Shown here: piece by piece, positions 14,735 to 20,675 of the stretch
Position numbering within the stretch: the stretch's first letter is position 1
Layout: the number at the start of each line of letters is the position of its first letter
Assembly (NCBI RefSeq): GCF_000009965.1
Contig: NC_006624.1
Location: 510,001-542,000, forward strand
Origin: Thermococcus kodakarensis KOD1
Lineage (GTDB): Archaea; Methanobacteriota_B; Thermococci; Thermococcales; Thermococcaceae
Direction of reading: 5' to 3'
DNA: 32,000 nucleotides
Notes under the pieces: model-generated
Told to the model about the DNA's origin: nothing
Databases searched by the model: none
What the model saw: the letters and a program-made list of their open reading frames with translations, nothing else
Translations under genes and position numbers: made by a program

Positions 14735-15088
14735 TCATCCCTCCACTCCGTAGTCAACACCAATGCCGCCGAGCAAGGCCAGCAGAAGCGCGAGGTTCTC
14801 AACAGAGTCCTTGAGCGCGTCGAGAAGAGCTGCACCGTTCGCCTGCCAGAGTGCCGCCAGGAAGCTCAAGAGCATCATGTCATAGAGGAGCACGCGCCAG
14901 CTTGATGTAAAGGGCTCGATGATTACTAAAGCCTTGTTTCCCTTGTTCGTGAGCGCCCAATGCATGAGCACGCCGCCAACAGCTCCGACCGCTAGAGCCT
15001 CCTTTGTCATCATGGGCCAAGCGATGTAGTACCACGCTCCCGCGAGCACAAAGAAGATGATTAGCTGGATGAGGCTCTTTGTCTTCAT
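14735..15088 (-). CDS. Polytopic membrane protein, 117 aa
   Basis: 3-4 hydrophobic helices. ATGA overlap with the upstream small ORF. Confidence 0.7.
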   Translation of the reverse strand: MKTKSLIQLIIFFVLAGAWYYIAWPMMTKEALAVGAVGGVLMHWALTNKGNKALVIIEPFTSSWRVLLYDMMLLSFLAALWQANGAALLDALKDSVENLALLLALLGGIGVDYGVEG

Positions 15089-15261
15089 ACTGCCATCACC
15101 TTGCGCGCCTTTTTGAGCTTAGAAACCTCTGCGAGGAGCTGTTGCTTCTTCCTCGTGACTCGCGCGAGCTCCCTCTGCGCTGCCTCAATCTGTCTCCTCA
15201 AACGCTCAGCGTACCGATCGAGAGTTTCAATCTCCCGAGAAATCCCATCTAGGTCGTCCAT
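15085..15261 (-). CDS. Small coiled-coil protein, 58 aa (MDDLDGISREIETLDRYAERLRRQIEAAQRELARVTRKKQQLLAEVSKLKKARKVMAV)
   Basis: Internal ATG 15261 is preceded by GGAGGCGGTAGT. The upstream part of the 109-aa track ORF is low-complexity, AT-rich and probably non-coding. Confidence 0.5.
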   Translation of the reverse strand: MDDLDGISREIETLDRYAERLRRQIEAAQRELARVTRKKQQLLAEVSKLKKARKVMAV

Positions 15262-15375
15262 ACTACCGCCTCCGGAGGGCTTTGCCAATTTGACGAGAAC
15301 TGATTTAAGCGGAGGAAGGCCCAAAGGCGCCAGAGAAAAGTCGCAGGAGGAGTTTAAAAGCAAATAAGAACATTT

Positions 15376-15391
15376 TAAGCTTAAATTAAGC
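15376..15391. promoter_or_regulatory. Overlapping AT-rich palindromes (TAAGCTTA and GCTTAA-A-TTAAGC) in a 142-nt non-coding gap just downstream of the RHH gene
   Basis: The palindromes are perfect: 15376-15383 and 15379-15391. They lie in the gap 15262-15403, which should hold the promoter of the long operon. Confidence 0.35.
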
Positions 15392-15403
15392 GTAAAAAAG
15401 AAG

Positions 15404-15580
15404 TCAGCCCTCAAGAATTTCCTCCGGCCTTGTGTTACCTAGTTCCAGCCGATAGAGTTTCAGAACCGCCTCTCTGAATACCTGGTTGATGCTCGTTCCC
15501 TTGGCCTTGGCAAGGGCTTTTGCCCTTTTCTCAACCTCCGAATCAATATATATTCCACGAACAAACTTAGATTGGGCCAT
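15404..15580 (-). CDS. Ribbon-helix-helix (CopG/Arc/MetJ-type) DNA-binding protein, 58 aa
   Basis: The N-terminal beta-strand RGIYIDSEV is followed by two helices (EKRAKALAKAKGTSINQVFREAVLKLY). ATG 15580 lies 8 nt after GGAGGTGA; the track start at 15592 is a GTG inside that SD. Confidence 0.75.
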   Translation of the reverse strand: MAQSKFVRGIYIDSEVEKRAKALAKAKGTSINQVFREAVLKLYRLELGNTRPEEILEG

Positions 15581-15588
15581 TCCTCCGC

Positions 15589-15726
15589 TCACCTCCTACA
15601 TTTTTTCAAATAGATCAGCACGAACACGAGGGCAACCATAACAAGTGTCAGCACGAAAAAGAAAGTCAATGTGAGACAAATCGTGTAGCAACTTGCTTGA
15701 TAGAGGGCCTTGTCGAGGGCAGGCAT
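15589..15726 (-). CDS. Possible 45-aa single-TM micro-protein
   Basis: ATG ORF encoding MPALDKALYQASCYTICLTLTFFFVLTLVMVALVFVLIYLKKCRR. The SD is weak. It is below the track cutoff. Confidence 0.3.
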   Translation of the reverse strand: MPALDKALYQASCYTICLTLTFFFVLTLVMVALVFVLIYLKKCRR

Positions 15727-15753
15727 GAGGTCAATCACTACCTCATCCTCCTT

Positions 15754-15894
15754 TCATTTCTTCATGACTTTGCCATATTTCTCGGCCCATTTGCGGGCCT
15801 CCCGCCACTCCATAAAGGCTTCGTAGGCAAATGCGGAGAGCACTACCGCGAAGACTCCGCCGAAAGCAAGCCAAATAACGGAGAGGATGGTCAT
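15754..15894 (-). CDS. Possible 46-aa single-TM micro-protein translationally coupled to the integrase
   Basis: ATGA overlap with the integrase stop codon. GAGGTGAGGAG lies upstream. Sequence is MTILSVIWLAFGGVFAVVLSAFAYEAFMEWREARKWAEKYGKVMKK. Confidence 0.45.
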   Translation of the reverse strand: MTILSVIWLAFGGVFAVVLSAFAYEAFMEWREARKWAEKYGKVMKK

Positions 15895-16844
15895 TTCTCC
15901 TCACCTCTCAACGAGATGCCCAATTTGGCGCGTTTCGAGCGCCAGCCGCCTTCTAAAACGAGCTTCAGGTCGTCAACAACCGAGGAATACCACTCATCGG
16001 CCAGGATCTCAAGGTTGAGGTAGTGTTTTTCCAGAACTCCGCGCTCGGCCCTGCCCTGGATGAAGTTAATGACCTCAAATGGGCAGCCTTTCCTCGCGAG
16101 GAACGTTGCGAACCACTCCCTTACCGCGGCCGCGGAGAACTGAACGCTCTTCTCAGTGTTTCTAACCGAGCGGAGCTTGACGCGTAGCCTGTTCTTTACA
16201 TGTTCATAGTCAAGGGGAAGTTGCTCAAGCTCAGTGAGGGCAAAGTCGCGCGGTAAGTAAGCGTAGAAGGCTTTTTTCTGGCCCTTCTGTTTGTGAATTG
16301 GATACTTGGCAATGTTTGGGTACTCTCTTGGGAGGATCAGTTTCTCAGGATCAAACTCATTGAAGAGCTCAATTACTGCCTTTAGTCTCAGGCCAGAGAA
16401 GACGAGGGTCTTGTAGATCGTCGCCAGAATAGGGTCTTTTTGTTCGTAGTACTTTAGAGCCTCCCTAATCTGCGCGTCTGGAACGTTCACTTTTCTCGGG
16501 TGTGTTGGCTTGACCCAAATAATCTCCTTCAGATCAAGGTACTGGTCGCGAGTGATTATGCCGCGATTCCTCAGGAACTTCGCAAAGCTCCTCAGGGCCT
16601 TGGTTATGTGTCTTTTGTAGCCTGTCTCGGCAAGGATCTCCTGGAGGTCTTCATATGTCTTGATAGCGTATGTATTGAAAAACTTCTCAAGGGTTGAAAT
16701 ATAGCGGAATTTCGTTTCCTCGGTGGAGACTCTGAGGGAGAGCCATTTTGCATAGGCATCTTGGAGCTGAGACCACTTTTCGTTTAGGCTTATATCTGGC
16801 GAGGACGTCCCCTTCTGCCTTTCGAGCCCGCGCCCCGGGTTCAA
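15891..16844 (-). CDS. int: SSV-type tyrosine integrase, C-terminal fragment of a gene split by integration (Int-C)
   Basis: Tyrosine-recombinase C-terminal pattern (AAAVREWFATFL ... GRAERGVLEKHY). The 317 codons contain no Met codon, and the track start is a TTG inside the tRNA T-loop. The first ~24 codons are the reverse complement of the tRNA 3' half. Confidence 0.88.
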   Translation of the reverse strand: MNPGRGLERQKGTSSPDISLNEKWSQLQDAYAKWLSLRVSTEETKFRYISTLEKFFNTYAIKTYEDLQEILAETGYKRHITKALRSFAKFLRNRGIITRDQYLDLKEIIWVKPTHPRKVNVPDAQIREALKYYEQKDPILATIYKTLVFSGLRLKAVIELFNEFDPEKLILPREYPNIAKYPIHKQKGQKKAFYAYLPRDFALTELEQLPLDYEHVKNRLRVKLRSVRNTEKSVQFSAAAVREWFATFLARKGCPFEVINFIQGRAERGVLEKHYLNLEILADEWYSSVVDDLKLVLEGGWRSKRAKLGISLRGEEK

Positions 16845-16862
16845 ATCCCGGCCGGGGCACCA
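16817..16862 (+). repeat. attR: 3' half of a tRNA-Glu(UUC)-like gene (anticodon loop to CCA), not a complete tRNA
   Basis: Reading left to right: anticodon loop CTTTCGA, stem strand GCCCG, variable CGCC, T-arm CCGGG-TTCAAAT-CCCGG, acceptor strand CCGGGGC, discriminator A, encoded CCA. The upstream sequence cannot form the 5' acceptor strand, D-arm or 5' anticodon stem. Confidence 0.8.
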
Positions 16863-16911
16863 GAATTCTTCAATAGGCTTTTTCTGGCAAGTTTAAACTT
16901 ACGGTTGTCGT

Positions 16912-16939
16912 GTGCCCTTTTATCTGTGCCCTTTTATCT
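16912..16939. repeat. Perfect tandem duplication, 2 x 14 nt (GTGCCCTTTTATCT)
   Basis: Read directly: 16912-16925 is identical to 16926-16939. It lies 50 nt outside the att site in gene-free AT-rich DNA. Confidence 0.9.
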
Positions 16940-17150
16940 TTAAGAGATGCTAAGAAGAGACAATATTCTCTGCACAAAAGAAAAAGAGCAAAAATCAGCC
17001 GTGTATAACTTTCACGATTTTTCCGTACTCTGTAACAACAACGGCTGTAACCTGAAGCTTGAACCAACATCAAAAACTTTTCGAGTAATCATCTGGTGGG
17101 TTAATATTGCGAATATCCTGGATTTATCCACAATTATGTCCATGCAAAGA

Positions 17151-17158
17151 TTTATAAA
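17151..17158 (+). promoter_or_regulatory. TATA box (TTTATAAA with AAAGA BRE-like flank) for the rpl37ae-rpoP unit
   Basis: Consensus-like archaeal TATA 57 nt upstream of the rpl37ae ATG, with GAGGTGA lying between the TATA box and the ATG. Confidence 0.5.
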
Positions 17159-17214
17159 ACGTCTCCAGGAAAACACTCCAGTCCGCGAATAGCGATAATC
17201 CTGAGGTGATGCTC

Positions 17215-17475
17215 ATGGGAAGGACTACTAAGGTCGGATCCGCTGGAAGGTTTGGCCCCAGGTACGGTCTCAAGATAAGGAGAAGAGTTGCGGCCGTTGA
17301 GGCCAGGATGAAGCAGAAGCACGTCTGCCCGGTCTGCGGAAGGAAGGCAGTCAGGAGGATAAGCACTGGAATCTGGCAGTGCCAGAAGTGCGGTGCCACC
17401 TTCGCCGGCGGCGCCTACCTGCCGACCACCCCGGCGGGGAAGGTCGCCAAGCGCGTTACGGCCTCCAAGGCCTGA
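17215..17475 (+). CDS. rpl37ae: 50S ribosomal protein L37Ae (eL43)
   Basis: [18 protein letters not shown]... with the zinc ribbon CPVCG...CQKCG. ATG 17215 lies 4 nt after GAGGTGA. Confidence 0.95.
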
Positions 17476-17501
17476 TCCTTTTTTCATCTTGAGGTGATAC
17501 T

Positions 17502-17651
17502 ATGGCGACCGCCGTTTATCGCTGTGCAAAATGCGGTAAGGAAGTCGAGCTTGACCTCGCGACCGCGAGGGAAGTCCGCTGCCCGTACTGCGGCAGCAAG
17601 ATACTTTACAAGCCCAGGCCCCGTGTTGCCCGCAGGGTCAAGGCCATCTGA
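17502..17651 (+). CDS. rpoP: DNA-directed RNA polymerase subunit P (Rpo12)
   Basis: 49-aa zinc ribbon MATAVYRCAKCGKEVELDLATAREVRCPYCGSKILYKPRPRVARRVKAI. GAGGTGA lies upstream. The track misses it as too short and shows an out-of-frame 91-aa ORF instead. Confidence 0.9.
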   Translation: MATAVYRCAKCGKEVELDLATAREVRCPYCGSKILYKPRPRVARRVKAI

Positions 17652-17704
17652 ACTATTTTTCCCTGCGAAAAGCTTTTATCAAACATTCCAAACAAGTGAT
17701 TGCA

Positions 17705-18331
17705 ATGATGCTGATAACAACGTCCCACCGGCCGACCAGGAGGACGAGGAGCTTCGGCCACGATCTTGAGAAAGTCTTCCCGAACTCACTTTACCTGACT
17801 AGGGGTAAGAAGACCATCCAGGATCTTCTCATGGAGGCCTACGATAGGGGCTACGAGAGACTCCTAATAATCAACGTCTGGAAGGGCAACCCGCTCAAGA
17901 TGACCTTCATCAAAGTTGATCCAGAGGACTGGGGATACATCGGCTACCTCTACCTTCACGGGATAAAGCTCCAGCGCGAGATTGGCTTCAGGAACATACC
18001 CCCGATAAGGGAGGAGATGCCCTTTGTGGTGACGACGGCCAAGAGGGTCGGGATAGATCACACGGCCTTCGCCCAGGTCTTCGCCGAACTAACCGGCGGA
18101 AAGTTCGTCCCGAGGGGCAACAAGAGCCTCCAGACGATAGCGGACAAGAACAACACAGACGTTATCGGCGTCATAGAGAACTACCCGCGCGGAATGGCTG
18201 TGAACTTCTATCGCTTTGACATAACCCGGGAGCGCCCGGTCGGTCCGCTCATCCTCGTCAAAATATGGATAATGGAAGACGGCCGGAGATGGGACTACAA
18301 GGAAGCACTCGGCATCAAGCCGAAGGAGTAG
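17705..18331 (+). CDS. Brix-domain (Imp4/Rpf-type) ribosome-biogenesis protein
   Basis: MMLITTSHRPTRRTRSF... is the characteristic archaeal Brix N-terminus. It is in conserved synteny after rpl37ae-rpoP. Confidence 0.9.
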   Translation: MMLITTSHRPTRRTRSFGHDLEKVFPNSLYLTRGKKTIQDLLMEAYDRGYERLLIINVWKGNPLKMTFIKVDPEDWGYIGYLYLHGIKLQREIGFRNIPPIREEMPFVVTTAKRVGIDHTAFAQVFAELTGGKFVPRGNKSLQTIADKNNTDVIGVIENYPRGMAVNFYRFDITRERPVGPLILVKIWIMEDGRRWDYKEALGIKPKE

Positions 18332-18370
18332 CCCGAAACCGTTTTTAACATTGAGAACCTAAACAATCCT

Positions 18371-18976
18371 ATGAGCCGCATGCATTTCTATCTCCGACAG
18401 CGTCTTGAAGAAGTCCGAAAGAGGGTTCTCTACGAGAGCTATGAGGCCCAGAAGCTCCCGGCGTGGGAACGGGCCGGAATCACGTGGCTGGCCCTCTTTG
18501 CATTCTGGATCATTATAAGCGGGAAGTTCTCGCCATCGCACGTAATTACCGGGGCACTCGTGACGCTTCTGATAGCGATTATAACTAGGGACTTTCTTAC
18601 CGACGATATAAGGCGGACGGGACACCTCCTCTCGAAGGCGGCCTACATATTCCTATTCCTCGTTCCGCAGTACCTCTTCATCATGGCCTTTCGACTGCTT
18701 GAGAGCAACCTGAGGGTCGTCAAGAACGTCATCCTCATGGATATAAACCCTGGAATAGTGAAAGTGAAGGCTGATCTTCACTCGGACACTGGTTTAACCG
18801 TCCTTGCGAACTCCATAACGCTCACACCCGGCACTCTAACGCTCGACGTCACCAAAAAGCTCGGCGAGGCCTACCTCTACGTCCACTGGATTGATGTTGA
18901 GACGCTCGACGGGGAGAAGGCCGGAATGAAGATAAAGGGGGAGCTTGAGGAATGGCTCAAGAAAATTTTCTGGTAG
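18371..18976 (+). CDS. mrpE: Mrp/Mnh antiporter subunit E (MbhA-like)
   Basis: MnhE pattern: VLANSITLTPGTLTLDV ... LYVHWIDV. First gene of the cluster. Confidence 0.85.
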   Translation: MSRMHFYLRQRLEEVRKRVLYESYEAQKLPAWERAGITWLALFAFWIIISGKFSPSHVITGALVTLLIAIITRDFLTDDIRRTGHLLSKAAYIFLFLVPQYLFIMAFRLLESNLRVVKNVILMDINPGIVKVKADLHSDTGLTVLANSITLTPGTLTLDVTKKLGEAYLYVHWIDVETLDGEKAGMKIKGELEEWLKKIFW

Positions 18977-19224
18977 TTCTGCCCTACGCGGTGGCTTTCC
19001 TCGTGTTTACAGCTACCTTGGTCAGTTACAGAGTTATCTTCGGCCCGACGCTCGCTGATAGGGCGGTTGCCCTGAACACTGCGACCACAAAGGCGGTGGT
19101 GATAATAGCGATGCTCTCGATCCTCTACGATGCCCCCTACCTGCTCGACGTGAGCATAGTGCTCCTCATGGTGAACGCCGTAGGAGGACTTATCATAGCG
19201 AAGTACCTGGAGGTGAGGGCGTGA
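18952..19224 (+). CDS. mrpF: Mrp/Mnh antiporter subunit F (MbhB-like)
   Basis: GPTLADRAVALNTATTKAVVIIAML..., a three-TM small subunit. Confidence 0.85.
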   Translation: MAQENFLVVLPYAVAFLVFTATLVSYRVIFGPTLADRAVALNTATTKAVVIIAMLSILYDAPYLLDVSIVLLMVNAVGGLIIAKYLEVRA

Positions 19225-19535
19225 TAGAGCTCCTATTCCTCCTCTTCGGACTGTTCATAATGTTCTTCGGGGCCCTCGGTTTGCTCCGCTTTCCCGATGT
19301 TTACACGAGGCTACACGCGACTGCGAAGTGCGATACGGGAGGGGCGATAAACATACTTCTGGCCCTGGCCCTCGCATCGGACTTTCCCCTCACGGGAAAG
19401 CTGAAGTTTCTGGTGATAGCGTTCACGATAGCCATGATAAACCCGATGGTCAGCCACGCGATAGCGAGGGCCGCTTACAAGAGCGGAATAAAGCCGAAAG
19501 CGGTGGTGGACATGTATGCTTGGGACAATCCATGA
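19221..19535 (+). CDS. mrpG: Mrp/Mnh antiporter subunit G (MbhC-like)
   Basis: GALGLLRFPDVYTRLHATAKCDTGGA signature. 4-nt overlap with mrpF. Confidence 0.85.
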   Translation: MIELLFLLFGLFIMFFGALGLLRFPDVYTRLHATAKCDTGGAINILLALALASDFPLTGKLKFLVIAFTIAMINPMVSHAIARAAYKSGIKPKAVVDMYAWDNP

Positions 19536-19746
19536 AGTTCTCCTTGCGGCGATAATACTCCTCTCTGTCTCGGTGGTCGAAGCCGAGAAACTTTCAGCCG
19601 CGGTGCTACGCTACGGCCTCCTCAGCCTGGCCTTTGTAATAGTTTTAATCCAGCTCAAGGCCCCCGATGTTGCCCTCTCTGCCGTCGTGGTTGGGGCGAT
19701 AGTCACGGGGCTCTTCCTCTACACGATAAAGGAGGTGGGGGAGTGA
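19516..19746 (+). CDS. DUF4040-type Mrp subunit (MbhD-like)
   Basis: 76-aa, two to three TM segments, with the LKAPDVALSAVVVGA motif. Confidence 0.75.
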   Translation: MLGTIHEVLLAAIILLSVSVVEAEKLSAAVLRYGLLSLAFVIVLIQLKAPDVALSAVVVGAIVTGLFLYTIKEVGE

Positions 19747-19988
19747 AGCGCCTCGTCGGAGCCCTCCTCGGTTCAGCCCTCCTGCTGGAGCTCCTCAGGC
19801 TTGACTATACCAAAGTCCCCTGGGGGAGCTACGCTTACTACTTAGCTAACTGGCGCGAGGTGGGAATACCAAACCTCGTGACGGCTATCCTCGCTGACTG
19901 GAGGGGCTATGACAGCCTGGGTGAGGCGACGCTCCTGTTTGCGGCAACCACCGGCTTCTACCTGCTCCTTGGGGGGAAGCGGAAGTGA
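19743..19988 (+). CDS. MnhB-signature small subunit (MbhE-like)
   Basis: NLVTAILADWRGYDSLGEA motif. 4-nt overlap with the upstream gene. Confidence 0.7.
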   Translation: MKRLVGALLGSALLLELLRLDYTKVPWGSYAYYLANWREVGIPNLVTAILADWRGYDSLGEATLLFAATTGFYLLLGGKRK

Positions 19989-20392
19989 AGATGAGCCTCG
20001 TTGTGAGGACGACTACAAAGCTCGTTGCCCCGTTCCTGGTTACCTATGGGGCCTACCTCACCATCTACGGCTACGAGAGTCCCGGAGGAGGCTTCCAGGC
20101 GGGGGTTATATTTGCCGTGAGCGTTATCCTGCTCATGACCGCCTACGGCTACAGGAGGACGAGAAAGCACTTCCCCCTCAGGACTGTCCAGCTTGTGGAG
20201 TCTTCAGCGGCCCTCTTTATAGTGGGGACAGCAATAGCCGGCCTTGCCTTTGGAGCCTTCTTCTTTAACTTCCTCCGGCCCTACATCCCCGGAGGCACCG
20301 TAATGACCTTCAACATAGGCGTGGCCCTCAAGGTGGGGACTTCCTTCGTCCTCGTATTCTACATCCTGTCGAGGTGGGTTGACCGTGATTAA
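19985..20392 (+). CDS. mrpB: Mrp/Mnh antiporter subunit B (MbhF-like)
   Basis: YESPGGGFQAGVIFA motif. Polytopic. Confidence 0.8.
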   Translation: MKMSLVVRTTTKLVAPFLVTYGAYLTIYGYESPGGGFQAGVIFAVSVILLMTAYGYRRTRKHFPLRTVQLVESSAALFIVGTAIAGLAFGAFFFNFLRPYIPGGTVMTFNIGVALKVGTSFVLVFYILSRWVDRD

Positions 20393-20675
20393 CACCGAGA
20401 CAGCTGGAATAATCGTGATGCTCATCGGCCTCTACGGCCTGATATCAAAGGATAACCCGATAAAGCAGGTGCTCTCAATCAACGTGATCTCCCTTGGCCT
20501 GGTACTTTTCTTCATAGGCGCTGGCTACGTTGAGGGTGGGGACTTTCCGATAATGCCGTCTAACTCGGTCGATCCGCTTCCTGCCACGCTGATGCTAACG
20601 ACGCTCGTAGTTGACGTTGCCATAACCGCGCTGGCCCTGGCGATGATACTGCGCATAGGGAGGGAGTGGACTTGA
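20379..20675 (+). CDS. mrpC: Mrp/Mnh antiporter subunit C (NuoK-like, MbhG-like)
   Basis: 98-aa, three TM segments, with the pattern GLYGLISKDNPIKQVLSINVISLGLVLFF. Confidence 0.85.
   Translation: MTVINTETAGIIVMLIGLYGLISKDNPIKQVLSINVISLGLVLFFIGAGYVEGGDFPIMPSNSVDPLPATLMLTTLVVDVAITALALAMILRIGREWT

Larger units (their letters stand above)
1..16862. mobile_element. Integrated pT26-2/TKV-type plasmid- or provirus-like element, right-hand ~16.9 kb (left junction lies outside the window)
   Basis: The element ends exactly at a 46-nt tRNA 3'-half copy (16817-16862) that overlaps the 5' end of an SSV-type tyrosine integrase ORF. About 25 co-oriented minus-strand genes are dominated by secreted/membrane proteins, plus one P-loop ATPase and an RHH regulator. 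Conserved housekeeping genes begin right after 16862. Confidence 0.8.

Noticed and set aside
16787-16862. A complete tRNA gene ending at the encoded CCA.
   Set aside because: Only the segment from the anticodon loop to the 3' end is tRNA-like. The 5' region (GGCTTAT...) cannot pair with the acceptor strand CCGGGGC, and no D-arm can be formed. It is an att duplicate.
16912-16939. A possible CRISPR remnant (repeated 14-mer).
   Set aside because: There are only two directly abutting copies with no spacer, and the unit is far shorter than CRISPR repeats. There is no leader and no cas gene.
16870-17192. 67-aa (minus) and 81-aa (plus) ORFs between the att site and rpl37ae.
   Set aside because: They lie in AT-rich, low-complexity DNA with no SD. 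Cys/Leu/Phe-rich products are typical of AT-rich noise, and the 81-aa ORF runs through the rpl37ae promoter.
17494-17769. A 91-aa ORF from the track.
   Set aside because: It is out of frame. The real gene here is the 49-codon rpoP zinc-ribbon gene (17502-17651). The rest of the ORF runs through the intergenic region and into the start of the Brix gene.
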